A DNA stretch of 57,498 bases, counting the filler, from Dugesia japonica (lineage: Eukaryota): the NCBI GenBank assembly GCA_001938525.1. It is 5 parts of 5 records of this genome, joined end to end, with 100 filler letters (N's around TTAATTAATTAA, not from the genome) between each part and the next. Parts side by side here need not be neighbours in the genome. Positions count along the whole stretch, not along the records: positions 9,416 to 19,236 come from MQRL01599749.1; positions 19,337 to 34,241 come from MQRL01468391.1; 3 more parts are not named here. The stretch is one strand, 5' to 3'. The translations under genes were made by a program, and so were the position numbers. The notes under the pieces are model-generated. The model searched no databases. It saw only the letters and a list, made by a program, of their open reading frames with translations, and was not told where the DNA came from. Shown here piece after piece: positions 10,196 to 24,265 of this stretch. The first letter of the stretch is position 1, and each line of letters opens with the position of its first letter.

Positions 10196-12968
10196 TCCCT
10201 CTCCATAGAAAAGGAAACTCGTTTTAGCCATTCAACTCGTCTTGACTTTGGTTTATCTGGAAAATTCAGAGGCACTTGATGGGGACTTAAAAAAATCTGT
10301 CTCCACTTTTATGAATATTATGAGGTTCCTTTTTTACAAGAACATTTTCACCAATTGCGAATTGTCTGTGACCTCTTGTATCTGATTCGTACTTTCTCAT
10401 TTCCTTCGCAACTCGTTTCAGTTCTACTTTTGTTTACTTGATCACTTGTTCATGAATAGCGATCTCATTTCTCAACAACTCATGTAACTGCACTTTTCGC
10501 CCATATAGAACTTCAAATGGAGATCTCTTAATAGCGCTTTGATATGTTGCATTAATTGAAAATACAATCTTGGGAATGTATTTATCCTAAGTAAATCTAT
10601 TCTTACCACTATTCATTGAAATGACTAACATATCTCTAGCTGTTATAGTTGCTCGCTCTGTTAGACCGTTGTCTTGATGTTGGTTAGGTGATGTAAATTC
10701 CTGTGTAATTCCAAATCTTACTCACAACTTGTTCATTTTTCTACCTTTAAAATCTCTACCTCGATCAGATAAGATTGATTTTGGTTTTCCAAATCGGTAA
10801 ATTAATTGGTTCTTTATTGCATCTGATATTCCTGTTTCATCTTGTTTACTAAGAAGTATCAATCGAACTAGTTGGCTAAATCTATCGATAATAACAAGCA
10901 AGTACTTTGATTAGACTTATACTCAGAAAAGTAGGACCCATCTATTACAATTTATTATAGTGGTCCAAATTCCTCTCTTGGTAACAATAGGTTTTTTGTT
11001 CGACCAGTGTAGACCTTCGTTTAGCACATATTTCACATTTTTGAATTTTGTGTTATATTTTTCTACTCATATCAATCCGGAAATATATTTATTGAATATA
11101 TTCCACTAACTTCTTGCTTCCCAAATGANATAGTTCTTTGTGCAAGTATTAAACTAATTTTGCTGAGTGATTTTCTGGTATAACGATTAGTTTCTTCTCT
11201 TGTTCATCTTTAATAACAATATTCTCAAATAATTTGAATTTATCTAAACTTTTAAAATATTTACTTTTCTTCACATCAGTAGTAACATTATTATCCAAGC
11301 CTTGTAACCATGGTGATATTGATCCTAGTATTCCACATTGGTTTTGCAATATTTTCGTCATAAAATACATTTTCGTTTAAACTGTTTATAAATCGAATTT
11401 TCAATTTAGTTCCTTTACTATCATGGTGTTTAGTTAAGCATTGAGTACACAACGTTTCATTTATTCTGGAAAATCCGTCAGCATTATTGTGATCCTTTCC
11501 TTTTCGATATTCTAAATCAAAATTAAATACAGAAAGATTAGCAAATCAAGTCTGAAACTGTGGACTAATTGGTTTNNNNNNNNNNNNNNNNNNNNNNNNN
11601 NNNNNNNNNNNNNNNNNNNNNNNNNNNNNNNNNNNAATCAAATAATGCTTAAAATGCATAACAAATTCATGAATAGCCAAAAGTTCTTTTCTGGTTACAC
11701 AATAACCTTTCTCATGATCATTTAAAACTCTCAACGCAAAACCTATAACTTTTTCATTACCTTTGTTATCGTTTTGGCTTAGAACAGCTCCAATAGCTCC
11801 AAAACTGGCACCAGTGTCCAGAATCATTTCTTTTGATGNNNNNNNNNNNNNNNNNNNNNNNNNNNNNNNNNNNNNNNNNNNNNNNNNNTAGTTAAGCATT
11901 GAGTACACAGCGTTTCATTTATTCTGGAAAGTCCGTCAGCATTACTGTGATTCGTTCCTTTTCTATATTCTAAATCAAAATTAAATCCAGAAAGATTAGC
12001 AAACCAAGTCTAAAACTGCGGACTAATTAGTTTATTTGTTTTTTTAATATAAGTCAAAGCTTTATGGTCAGTTCTTATTTTAAACTTTTCCCCAATCAAA
12101 TAATGCTTAAAATGCATAACAAATTCATGAATAGCCAAAATTTCTTTTCTGGTTGCACAATAACCTTTCCCATGAGAATTTAAAACTTTCGACGCAAAAC
12201 CTATGACTTTTTCGTCACCTTTGTTATCGTTTTGGCTTAGAACAGTTCCAATAGCTACAAAACTTACATCAGTGTCCAGAATCATTTCTTATGATGGATC
12301 AGGAAATGCTGTAGTTAATTCATCCTTTAGCTTTTGGAAATTACTTTCAGCCTCTTTGAACCACTCGCTCAATTTTTCATTTCCTGATATCATTGCATAC
12401 AGTGCTGCAGTAATAGTTGCATAATCTTTGATAAATCGACAATAATAATTAGTTAGTCCCAAAAACGATCTTAATTGCGTAACACAACCTGGGATTGGTG
12501 CTTTTTAAAATTTTTTTAATTTTATCATCATTTGTTTGAATTCCTTTTTGACTAATTGTGTGACCCAAAAAATTCAATTTATCAGTTCCAAATACACTTT
12601 TTCCTGGATTAACGTTTAATTTTGATGCTTTAATTGACTCAAATGCTTTTTCTAATCTTTGATTATGTTCATCGACAGTTCTTCCATAAACTAAAATGTC
12701 ATCTAAATAAACAATTACAACTTTATACAGCATTCCTTTAAAAATGAAATTCATTAAACTCTGAAAAGTTGTCGGTGCTGTACATAAACCGAACGGCAAC
12801 CGGTTAAAGCAGAACTGTCCAATTTTAGTACTAAAAGCTGTTTTCATCTGTGAATCTTCGTCTAACACAACTTGATAATAAGCTTGTCCTAAGTCTATAG
12901 ATGAAAAAATAGTTGACCCATTTAAAGTATCCAAAAGCGTGTTTATGTCCGGTATGGGAAATGAAAAT
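10196..12968 (-). mobile_element. Ty3/Gypsy LTR retrotransposon pol remnant (RT-RNase H-integrase), 5'-truncated, frameshifted
   Basis: RT motifs FSSIDLGQAYYQ, LPFGLCTAPTTFQ and VYLDDILV. RNase H motifs ILDTDVSF.AIGTVLSQ, TRKEILAI and IRTDHKAL. Integrase-like GKPKSILSDRGRDFK and FTSPNQHQDNGLTERA at about 10650-10800. Confidence 0.95.
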
Positions 12969-12974
12969 TTTTAT

Positions 12975-13266
12975 GTTACTTCATTCATTATCCCCTTTTT
13001 TAATTTCTTTTAAAAAATGTATCCCCTTTTTAAAAATTTATCCCCTTTTTAAGGGGGGAGGGGGGAGAGGAGGCCTTATAAAGGATAAAATCAAGAGGAG
13101 ATATGCGCCACTATCTACCTATTTTATCCCCATTTTTAAATTTCTTTTAAAAATTTTATCCTCTTTTTTTAATTCCTTTTACAAATTTTATCCCCGCTTT
13201 TTCTATCGTCGACAAGCGAGCTTTTTAGGGATAAAATCAAGAGGGGATATGCGCCACTATCTACCT
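12975..13266 (-). repeat. Short repetitive element with two tandem copies of terminus AGGTAGATAGTGGCGCATATC
   Basis: ggataaaatcaagagg.gatatgcgccactatctacct ends at 13120 and 13266. It has TTATCCCC subrepeats, and a related end lies at 48922. Confidence 0.65.
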
Positions 13267-13269
13267 ATT

Positions 13270-14399
13270 ACAAATACATTCGGATAGACATCTCTTTGGA
13301 TAAATTTAAAGCTTCACAACACTGGGTTGAGGGGTTTCTAGCAAGGCATAAATTATCTTAGGGAAGTTCAACGACATTATTTAAGTTAGATGATACAAAT
13401 CATTCATAAATCATTCGAACTTTGCACAATTCCAATTATCAAATATAATTGTTATGGATGAAACGTCCGTATTTTTCGGAAAAACTACATAAATAAGTAT
13501 TGATCGTAAAGGTGTTTCATCAATTAACATCCCATCAATTGGATATGAGAGTACCAGGATCTCCTGTATTCTTGTAATTAATTGTAATGGCAAAAGACTG
13601 CTGCCAATGCTAATTACAAAAGGAAAAAGGGAGAGTATCGTCTGTATTTCAGGCATATATGTCTTAGAGGCTGAAAAAGCTTGATTCACACAAGATTTGA
13701 GTAAAAAAATAAATCAATTTAATGTTTCCACCTGTTTTAACTTATAAACCAAAACAAATTAGTATGGCATTCTGCCAGCACACACAGAGAAATGAAAGAT
13801 TATCTCTAGAGCCAAGATATTGATCAAGTTTTGATTCCATCTGGTATGCCANCATATCTTCAGAGCTTGGATTTTGGCATAAATAAGCAATTTAAAGATT
13901 ATCCTCAAGAAGAAATTAATATTTACGTTGAAACTAAAAGAGAACGAAATGTAAAGAGTAGTTTTATCAAGCCAAAACTGCAAGAGGTTATTAAATGGAT
14001 AAATACTGTCTGGAATAAGATCAGGGATAAATGTGTATGTAATGCTTTGAGTGCTTTGCTATTTGAACATATCTTTTTCATTTTATACTTCGGCAATTGC
14101 TAACCACGAACGATTTGGTCCAATGATTTTAAGAAAGCCAGAATCACAAGCAAAACCCGCAGATTTTCAAACTTTAAAAGATCAAACTGCTATTTTAGAA
14201 ATGGATGATATGGTTGTTTATGAATAAACATGTTTTGATCAATGAAACTTTTATACTTATTTTTTTATAACTTTCGAAATATTACATTTTATTTCAAAAA
14301 AATAAAAGACCTAACTGAAATTTAGCCATAAGCGCATTTTGGTTAAGATTTTTGAAACAAATAAATTGACACCCGGGGCGGAATTTCGGAGAAACACGG
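13270..14399 (+). mobile_element. pogo/Tigger-family DNA transposon remnant (CENP-B HTH + DDE_1), with right TIR
   Basis: FKASQHWVEGFLARHKLS (HTH), NIIVMDETSVFF, IPSGM..YLQSLDFGINKQFKD. It ends ...GGAGAAACACGG|TA at 14399-14401. Confidence 0.9.
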
Positions 14400-14479
14400 T
14401 ATTTATTTTATATATATAAAATTAATTTTTAGATATTTTATTTAATTGTGTACAAAATATGTATATAATCCCCACCAAT

Positions 14480-14840
14480 CATCCGAATAAACTACGATAT
14501 CCATTCTAGCAGATATTTTGCCCTGGCAATTGTCATAATAAATATTTGAATGTTCTTGATGCATGTGAATATCACAGAATGAACACTTTGATTCAGTTTT
14601 CTGATCCTTATCTTTACATATTTGACATCGAAAATATATTTTCCCAAAGTTTTTCTTTTCTTTGCAAATTTTTCTTTCACAACAGAAAAACTTAAATCAT
14701 GTTAAATTTGAATTCGATATACTCTGATAACCTAAAAATGTATCTTCTGTCGAGTTGTATACAACAATGGTGGCTAGATTAAAAATATTGAACTTCTAAA
14801 ACACTTCATGTGTCGGACACCCAAGCGACTGTACTCGATG
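14480..14840 (-). mobile_element. piggyBac-like transposase C-terminal cysteine-rich domain fragment
   Basis: Minus-strand RCQICKDKDQKTESKCSFCDIHMHQEHSNIYYDNC pattern. Confidence 0.5.
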
Positions 14841-15479
14841 CTTAAATTAATTAAAATCTGATTTCAATTTTAATTTATAAAAAATTTAACATTCCAAAAT
14901 TATCCATAACTATTTTTTGTTTAACTGCATTATAATTAATAAATTATTAAAATATTATTATTATTCTTATNNNNNNNNNNNNNNNNNNNNNNNNNNNNNN
15001 NNNNNNNNNNNNNNNNNNNNNNNNNNNNNNNNNNNNNNNNNNNNNNNNNNNNNNNNNNNNNNNNNNNNNNNNNNNNNNNNNNNNNNNNNNNNNNNNNNNN
15101 NNNNNNNNNNNNNNNNNNNNNNNNNNNNNNNNNNNNNNNNNNNNNNNNNNNNNNNNNNNNNNATTATTATAATATTATAGTTATTATTATAATTATATTA
15201 TTATTATTACTATTATGATTATTTATTTTTATTATCATTATACTCATTTCAGAAAGTTTTACGTAATTTATCTTTGCTCCAGATTGAGATTATTTCAGTA
15301 ATTATTTTCGATGTTCGGCTAATTGAGATCAGATTTCAAAGATTCGCGGGTCTAATGAAGATAACAATTGTTGAGTGTTATTAGTTATTTGTATTAAACA
15401 GAGAGTGAATGAATTCAGCCACAGAAACACTCTCTAGGCCAACATCGTAAAATTAATCATAAATCTTAATCATTAATGG

Positions 15480-15950
15480 TTGTTAAATTGAAATTTTAGC
15501 TCAAAGCACTAAATTGGATTTGATCGATCCAAACAATCTGCTAGCACATTGTCAGCCAATTTAAAACAAACACTACTCTTCATTTGACAGGCAGTACGAA
15601 CCCTAATGTATTGAGAATCGACAACAAAATTAATTAAATATAATTTTCTAATAAAAATGTGTGAAAACCATGCCTGCTTGAAATGGTACAATTCGAATGA
15701 AATTTTTTGGTGACAATTATCTACAGACTGTAACAATTAATGAACAGGTTTTTCATGATTGTTCATTACCGCTACACCTGGACATTCCATAAACTCATTT
15801 CTGGATTTATCACAACCGTATGCAGACAAAGCAGCATTTTTAATCTACCATGCGTTGATTCTCTCGATAACGTTGTTATTGTTCTTTACCTTGTTATTGT
15901 TCTTTACCTTATAGTTGATTTGTAGAAAACGCAAAACTTTATTAAAGAGT
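15480..15950 (-). mobile_element. Possible FLYWCH/MULE-like transposase fragment
   Basis: YGCDKSRNEFMECPGVAVMNNHEKPVH is reminiscent of a FLYWCH zinc finger. Heavily decayed. Confidence 0.25.
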
Positions 15951-16479
15951 TTTCTCATAAATATTTGCTGATGCATAAATGTAATTGTTTTAATTCTCTT
16001 TTTATTTTTATTCTCGACAACTATTTTAAATTTACGGGAAAAATTGAAGGTGAATTTGTAATGAAATTTTATTGGACTAAAAATAAATTTTATAAATGTT
16101 AATTTGAATTTAGAGAATATTTCAATGCAAATACGTTGTTGTTAATGAGTTGACATTAAAATAGAAATAGACTAGTATTCCCATAACAAGTGGTTATAGA
16201 CATCCTTGCAGAATATATGGAATAGTAAATGTTATTTATAAAACAAGGTGAACTTTATTGAAAGATAAACATTTAGGTGAAACATTCAGAAAACGAAGCA
16301 CAAATATTAAAATTTGTATCAATGCAATACAAAATTTTACAAAATTTCTTACAAATCTTATAAAATTACAATAAACGTGGTAAGGCTAAAAAGTCCTCAA
16401 ACTCTATCAGAAATAATGAAATCAACTAAACAAAATTTTTATTAACAAGAAATAATTTATAATTACAAGAATTATTGTG

Positions 16480-17275
16480 AGAATAATTGTTGGACAATTA
16501 ACTATTGATCGCATTTGAGATTATTTCATTAAAATAAAGAAAAAGCTTCGATCAAAATAAAATGTATTTGTAAATGTATTCAAATTTTCTACACACTTGT
16601 TTTCTTCAGGAATATGATATTCAAAATGACAATAGATCTTTGCTACAAAATTCTTTATATTTTATCAAAATTTTATTCGTCTATTTAATTATAATTATTT
16701 TTTATTTTAATATTAAATCTCAAAAAAATCTTTCTTAAACAAATTGAATTGAAAATCTTTCAAATGTTTAAAAGAAACTAATATATATTAAAGTATTAAA
16801 ATAGTTAAAATATGTATTTTATTAACATTAAAATATTACAATATTAAAATAATAAAATAAAATTATTTTTTCTATCAACTTTTAATAAACATTCACAAGC
16901 TTCTACCAATTCATATTAAAAAAAAATCTTTTATCAATATTTTTTATTAAAAACTTCTTTTAAAATTTAATTTATTGATATTAATTTGCTTAAAATTTTT
17001 TAATTAATGTAATTATTGAAAATCACTTTAATCTCAGGTTTATCTTCTTTAATTAAAATTTGTTCATGTTTCTTACTGTGAAGTGTAGAAATGTAGTCTG
17101 TTCCTAATGTTTTCCATGTAATATGATGATTTACTGGTAATAAATTATGTTTCTATTGAAAGTGTTTGAAGACTTCACTTTCTTTCTGTTTGAGATGTTC
17201 TTTAATTCTTGTACGGATGGTTCTGAATGATTCTCCTAAATATGTATCCTTACATATGGTGCATGCATATTAAAT
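16480..17275 (-). mobile_element. Penelope-like element 3' fragment (GIY-YIG endonuclease + pLTR)
   Basis: YACTICKDTYLGESFRTIRTRIKEHLKQKESEVFKH at 17160-17270. The downstream part matches 53660-53995. Confidence 0.85.
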
Positions 17276-19236
17276 TGTATGAAGAGGTTGAATTATAAAT
17301 GAAATGTTGATCATACACGACAAATGTAGATATAACATGTGAAAGTTAATAACAATTAAAAAATTAGTTGCGATGTTCACAGGGGGGCTCAATGCGACAG
17401 GCTTGGCTAGGATGCAAAATACTCTGGCGGCGGTCTGAATATCCCTGAATTAAATAAATATATTATAAATTATTTATAATATTATTACATAATATATGCA
17501 AGAGTATTATTTAATATAATGTATTTTTTGATAAGGAGTTTTTAAAATACTTTAAAGAATTAATGTTTAAATTTTTAATTTAAATTCAAATTGAAAAATT
17601 TTCCAAAAACTTTTAAAAATCGTAAATTCGAATTATAATTTGACTTTTTGAAATTTTAATCAATTTCATATTTAAGTTTTTCAAATTTGAATTTATTTTT
17701 CTTAATAAGTATTATATGAAATATAAATAAAAATGTAGAATATTTTTAAAGAAAATTCTAATTTAAATAATCATTTAATAAAAATTCATAACGTTTTACA
17801 AGTGACTTTCAACCAATCGAATTGGTGTATTAAATATATATGATAACATTCTATAATATTGAGTTAGTCGGTAAGTAATTTCATTTTTTTCTTTTTATTT
17901 TGAAGGCATTAAATACCATTTGAAATTATTATATCAATATCCATTTTAACAATTGATATTTCTAGTATGATCTATTTTAAAAATTGTTTTAATATATCAA
18001 ACGAATCAGATGTAATTTACATCTTCAAGATGCGTAAAACAATTTTTTTTTTAGTTGAAATAAATAGATACAAGAAAAGGAGGATAATTATTTTACACAC
18101 TCCTTCCGATTAAAGCAATTTCCGAAAAATATCTTCTAGTTCATTTACCAATGTCAATTAATAAAATTAATTCAAATTTTATTAATTATTCCTTTCTAAC
18201 TGATTTGTAAACGTGAAAGTCTAAACTAAATACTTTCTCTAAATAAAAAAAAAACTAATTCATAATTAAATCGAAATAAAAAATAATATTTGCTTCTAAA
18301 AAATTGTTTCATGGCATCAATTAATTTATCTAGATGTGGTTTTTATTGATTTTTCATCATTGAAATGTAGCAGAATTAATTAAAACAATTGAGTGAATTT
18401 CGATTAAAATTACTCGGAAAACGAAACATTTTCCAGTAGCCGATGTTAATTTGTTGCAAGAATTTCAATGAAATCGAATTTGGGATGATGTTTGGTATGA
18501 TAAACAGTTTATTTTACTATTCTGGTTCTCAGAGCCAGGCACGATTTCAACATCGGCATCACTGTTTATCTCATATACACTGAGGGCACCTCATTTCCAG
18601 CAATTGGATTGTTGGAAACTGTATCGAAATAACCCTAATCAAAAAACACTAACTCACGAAATCAAATGTTCATTTATCACCTTCGACAGCCGGACATGGG
18701 ACTAGTAATAAATATAGGGCGCGTACCGAGTCAACTAGTGCTGCATAAATGTTGTTTCCCCAGATGCGATCATTAACAAACCATAAATCTCACAGTTATA
18801 TAGTCTAATTGAAACAGATTGATTATCGCGTTGTCGTCGTAGTCGTTGTCGTCATTGTGGTTATATTGACTGGCGAAGGAGAAGAGTAGTTATTAACAAT
18901 AATTTTCATAATAATATCAATGTTTCTCTCGGGATTTTCACCATTGGAATCGAGAAAGAATTCATAAACGTTGTGATTTTTAATTAGTTAGTTTTCATAA
19001 TAACTAAAAAATATAAAGACTTTGATGTCAATTTTAATTTCTTTCGTTTGTCTCGTGGGAATAAAACTATCTGATGAGAATATTTAGTTTTATTGCTTCA
19101 ACAATTCATTTAAATCAACCATTTTAAAATTATGCTGAATTTAGCGGCGTAAAATTTGAGCATTTAATAAATAACTGGGATTATCATTTTGTTATAATTT
19201 TTCACTTTTGTTTTGCTAATGTGGAATTTTCTGTAA

Positions 19237-19336
19237 NNNNNNNNNNNNNNNNNNNNNNNNNNNNNNNNNNNNNNNNNNNNTTAATTAATTAANNNNNNNN
19301 NNNNNNNNNNNNNNNNNNNNNNNNNNNNNNNNNNNN
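19237..19336. other. Artificial contig-joining linker
   Basis: Same 44N-TTAATTAATTAA-44N structure. Confidence 0.95.
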
Positions 19337-21153
19337 CTTATAGGCTAATTTTTATTTAAAGAAGGAAAGCCACTTAAAGAAAGAGGTTGCCTTAATTAAA
19401 AGTGTCTGAAAATAAACTGATATACGTCAGTATTTATAGTAGAATTTACACTAGGCCTCATGCATTGACCTAGTGATTATTATTCAAAACATAATAAAAT
19501 TTTCATTCCAAATAATAAAATTTTCCAGAAAATTTTCAGATCAAATAATAAAATTTTTCATAAACTTTTAAATAAAAATGTACAATAAAATTTCAAATTA
19601 ATTTTCAAACAACAAACATCGACACAATAAAGTCAAAATGATTAATAAACTCACAATAATAAAATGTAATGTCAGCATATTGTATTGATTGATCTTGATT
19701 TGAGGACTTGGATCGAATAATTGATTTGGGAATTTCGATTGAGTAGATTTCTTATTTATTGTGTGTTGTGTGTATTGCATGCTTGTATGTTCAAACTATT
19801 TAAACCTCAACACTAAAATTAAAATATAAATGATTTATTAATTAACCATGATTGCTACACAATTAAAATCAAAACCGAAAAATTATTCCATATTAAATGT
19901 TGACATGAAACGATAAAATTTTAAATCCAAAATTTATCGTTTAATATTTCCAATATTACAGTTATTCCATATCATATGATGTCACTTAGTATAACTCAAC
20001 ATCATTCAGTGTTCCTTACTCCAATTGATAATCAAAAATACAACTAGATTTCGTTGAGGTATTTTAGGGATTATTACTAATGCAAGTCAATATTTTAGTA
20101 TAATCCGAATTCTGTTGACGTGTTTCTTGTGGAAACAGATCAACGATGATATATGATGGGATTAGATTTTATTTTATATTGTATAGTTATATAATTTTTC
20201 TTATGAACGTTAAGATACTTATAATAAATAATTAATATTTGATATAAATAGGCTGTATAGTCGTTCTTATGTATTAATCAAAGAATTACTTTTTTACAAA
20301 TATGTTGTTAACAATAAACAGCGTTAATTAAAAGTTAAGATCTTTAGTTCTGAGTAGTTTAGGGCCAAAGGCCAAAAAATATGTTACGAACTTTTTAAAA
20401 AAGGGTAAAGTGAATTTGGTGTGAGTATTTATACTTCTTCATCTACGTATGTCTACATGCAATGTTCTTTTAAAAATATGTACCTTTAAATAAAACTACC
20501 AAGCACATGGCATTAATTTTGTGAAATTATTAATAATAAAATAAAAATTTACAAAGATTGTTGAAAATTATATAAAAATAACAGTAAAATTATAAGGTCA
20601 ACCATTAAGAGTACTTGTAAAGATTTTGAATTGAAATTTTCCAAATATAAAATTCTCAATAAAATAAAATATAATTTCTAAAATAAAATCGATTATAAAA
20701 TTTCCAAATTACAGTTCTAACATTGTTTTTAAAATGAATTGTTTTTTACAAATTAATCAGCAATCAATAGATTGTTAATGGAATGTGAAGGTCAACACAT
20801 AATAACTTGCAGATTTGTTGAAGGGTTTTTTTTAATATACTGATCGGATTGGATTTTTAATAGGGATGGGTTGGCTGTTGCTATTGATTTTTGGTTGGAT
20901 TGGTTGAGATTGTTATGTCTGTGTTGATATTATGTTGTGTATGTATTTGTATATATTTGGATTTAATTTGATTTTAATTTTAATTTTCCCCAATAATAGT
21001 TTAATTTTATAGTTCAATTTCTTGAAATTTAAAATCTTTGAATTTTACTTTTGCATTTCACATATTTCCGTGTTCCTAATCGTTATTTCAATTTTTATGA
21101 ATTTCTATGTAATTTGATTTGATTCAGATTCTATACCAATTCTTTAAATCAAA

Positions 21154-22587
21154 TGTCACATAGTGAATATTATACTTTCATCTACGAGATTATGCTGCGA
21201 TGATACCTTTATTGTCTTGCACACGAAGACGATAACAGTAAGAAAAGAATTATGACATATTTGGATGTATTTTGTAATCACCCGAATTTAGTCTCTCTTG
21301 AACTATTGACAGATCTATTGCTGTATTCATCTAGTTTTCTAACGGTAATATCATATTGTATAATTTTCATCGACTCGTAGAGGTTAGGTAAAATTTGATC
21401 TTCATTAAAAAAAATCATGAAGAGGCTATAATCAAGGAAAAATCACATTAACACCAATATTCATTTACTCTTCGTTCGTAAACTTTAGGCACCGAATGGG
21501 ATTACTCAGATCCACTAACTCTTGCAGTACCGATAATCTCCTCATAATTTCTTTGGTCAATGTGTAATAATTTCGATCTAGGTTTCAGTCTTTCGACCTG
21601 CAATAATCTCAGCATAATTTCTTTCATCAGTTTAGAATAATTTCAGCCTAAGTTTCTGTCTTTCAAATTGAGATAATAATTGCAATAATTTCACTAAAAT
21701 CTCTTTCAATCTTCGATAATCTCAACTTAACTTCTCTCATCAATTTGTAATAATTTCAGTAAAATCTCCATCGCATCATCATCGAAGCACGATTGTATTA
21801 ATGGTAGGTCACTCGGGATTAAGGTAATTATTAATTATTTTTAATCTGTTGGATCTCATGGTCTCCTAAAGTCACAAAAATTATGTTAAAATTTTCTGTA
21901 AGTTTGTTTTTTAAAACTTTTTGATTCTAAAGTAGTGTTTCTTATTTTCGCCTGTCATCATTTTTATTCCTCGTGTTGAACAGAGACTTATCATCCCTAA
22001 CTGATCAGCCAATCTCCATCGGTTATTCTTGAATGTCGCCATCTCATTGGCCAGCCATAACTCGTAGTATTTTGATACCTCTTCAATCGCACGACATACA
22101 ACTCCTGCAATAAACAACTCATCCTTAATTTTATATGTTCGTGTGCGTCGTTGATTGACGGCTGATTTGGATTTCCAAATCTACGTGATTTTATGATCAG
22201 GGCTTTGTTTAGTTTCATTTGCATTTACATTTCTCTAATCATTTGAGATTTTATGTGATGGAAAAAAGTGCATGGACCAGTTGACAAAATTTTAATTAAT
22301 ATAATATGCATAATTGAAATACTATAATAATAACAAAATATACTAATTATTTTTATTATAATAATGAAATCAGGGTCACAGAGACCCTTATATACTTATT
22401 ATAATAGTGTTATAAGACTTTTGGTCATAGAATAATTGATCGTTACGGTCATTGGAGGTCTGGTCACTGTAATAATAATAATAATAATAGTAATCATTTC
22501 CCGGCCCAGCACTCGCTCTCATTTGTTGCACTATTCCTGCAGAGTCCTAACATCGCTTTATCCAGGCTCCTGCGTTCTAGTCAAACA
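21154..22587. repeat. ~1.43-kb solo LTR-like element (TG...CA) with internal tandem repeats
   Basis: Starts TGTCACATAG, as after the PPT at 4866, and ends GTTCTAGTCAAACA. Homologous to 232-1490 and 1893-2300 in reverse. No clean TSD seen. Confidence 0.5.
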
Positions 22588-23219
22588 AATCTAAAAACAT
22601 TCTTTAAAATGAGCGAACATAAAATTTTATTAATATTCTCTCTTTTCTGATTTCTACGAGGGTAAATAACATTTATATTTGATATAATTAATATCAATAA
22701 ATATCTAATAATTATAAGTTATGAATAGTAATATTTTACTTAATCATTTTTAATAATATTTTTGTATATTTTTCTAAATACTAAATGAATTTTTGAATAC
22801 TCTTATAATAGTATTACAATTTCAATTATTGCGATAATAATTATTAGACATAACCATTGATCGTTTGTCAGAATTCATTTAAATTCATATTGATCGATGC
22901 TTTTATTTTAAATGAACCCTTATAATAAGTCTAATCCTTTTTATTTTACTTCTATAATAATAAGTATGATATTTTCACTCTTGTTCAATAATTAACAAAT
23001 ATTTATAATAATGATTATTTTATTATTCTTTAATTACTGTTGAGTTCGTACAATTTCAATTCCATAAATACAAAACAAAGATGGCAATAGGCATAATAGT
23101 TATCATTTTCTAAATACTTTTACACTGATAATTATATCTCATACACCTATAAGATGATATAAATATAAATGATTATAAATAAATAAATATATAAATATAT
23201 TTACATTACTCCTTTTCCT

Positions 23220-24265
23220 AAGTGACCCTTACTTCGTATTCTCACCATCCAGCATAACTAATTACATGTTGGCATCTAAAAATTCCGTCCCGAGATTTTA
23301 CTCTTTAAAATCGCTTCCTATTCCATTTCCATCGTTTATACTCAATGTTTTTTGTCATTCCAATGATGTTAGTATTTAAGAGCCTTTAACACAAGATATC
23401 TGATAGGTCCAAGAAAATAGTAATACGAGATAAAATAAGAAAAAAATTATATAAAAATAATCATACACAATTTACATCATATAATTCGCACGCTTTGCCA
23501 AATTTATAACATAATTCATTGTTCCTAACACTACTCTTATATTAATAAAATTATCAATTATCATGAGATTATTCTAAATTTTAATGATAGCATTTACTTG
23601 ATCTTGACTTACATTGCAAATAATTTAATCCCACAACCGGTTTCAGTGGCATATAAACATTGCTCCCACCACATTCTGACCAGGACCAGATCATCGACGG
23701 ATAATTTACAGGTCCAGGTTCATAAATCTGATGGAATTGTTGATTAAAATATTCGATAGGTCCATCCAACTTCGAAATTTTGTGGATCTAAATCACTATA
23801 CACATTATCAAATACTTAGAAATAACGTTTGACAATATAACACCTTTCGTAAGTCATTATTTTCGAACAGAAATAATTGTTGAATGATTTTTCTTTTTTT
23901 GCCAATAAAAATCATTTGACTCAAAGTCATTTATCCCGATGTAAATGAGAAGGCATACGAATTTATTCATTTCATTTATCGTTATTTTTGCAAAATTCTC
24001 ATAAGCTTCATTTCCAAGCGTTTTTTTGGCATAGCTGTTTGACCATGTAAGAAACTATATTAGGGGTTGATAACTGTAATGGTGGCCTGCGTTGGAAGCT
24101 AGAAACAGGTAACTAGTTAGAACCAATATTTCCTTCTTCGGACACCATTAGCTGAACTTTCCTGATTTTCATGACCACTTTCTGGGGTTATTTGTTTCGT
24201 TTCCATTTCCTCCTATTAAGGTTTGGTCGATATCATTGTCACTGTTTGGTACAAATCTATCCATT
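23220..24265 (-). mobile_element. piggyBac transposase pseudogene
   Basis: TINEMNKFVCLLIYIGI..FYW, MTYERC.IVKRYF, IEYFNQQFHQIYEPG..LSVDD, VYMPLKP..GIKLF. Many stops and frameshifts. Confidence 0.85.

Noticed and set aside
12913-13287. 124-aa plus-strand ORF
   Set aside because: A low-complexity translation of a non-coding repeat.
19071-19078. CTGATGAG hammerhead core
   Set aside because: No stem II or GAAA follows.
19450-19476. CACTAGG...CCTAGTG hairpin as a Helitron 3' end or terminator
   Set aside because: No downstream CTRR terminus or other supporting Helitron features.
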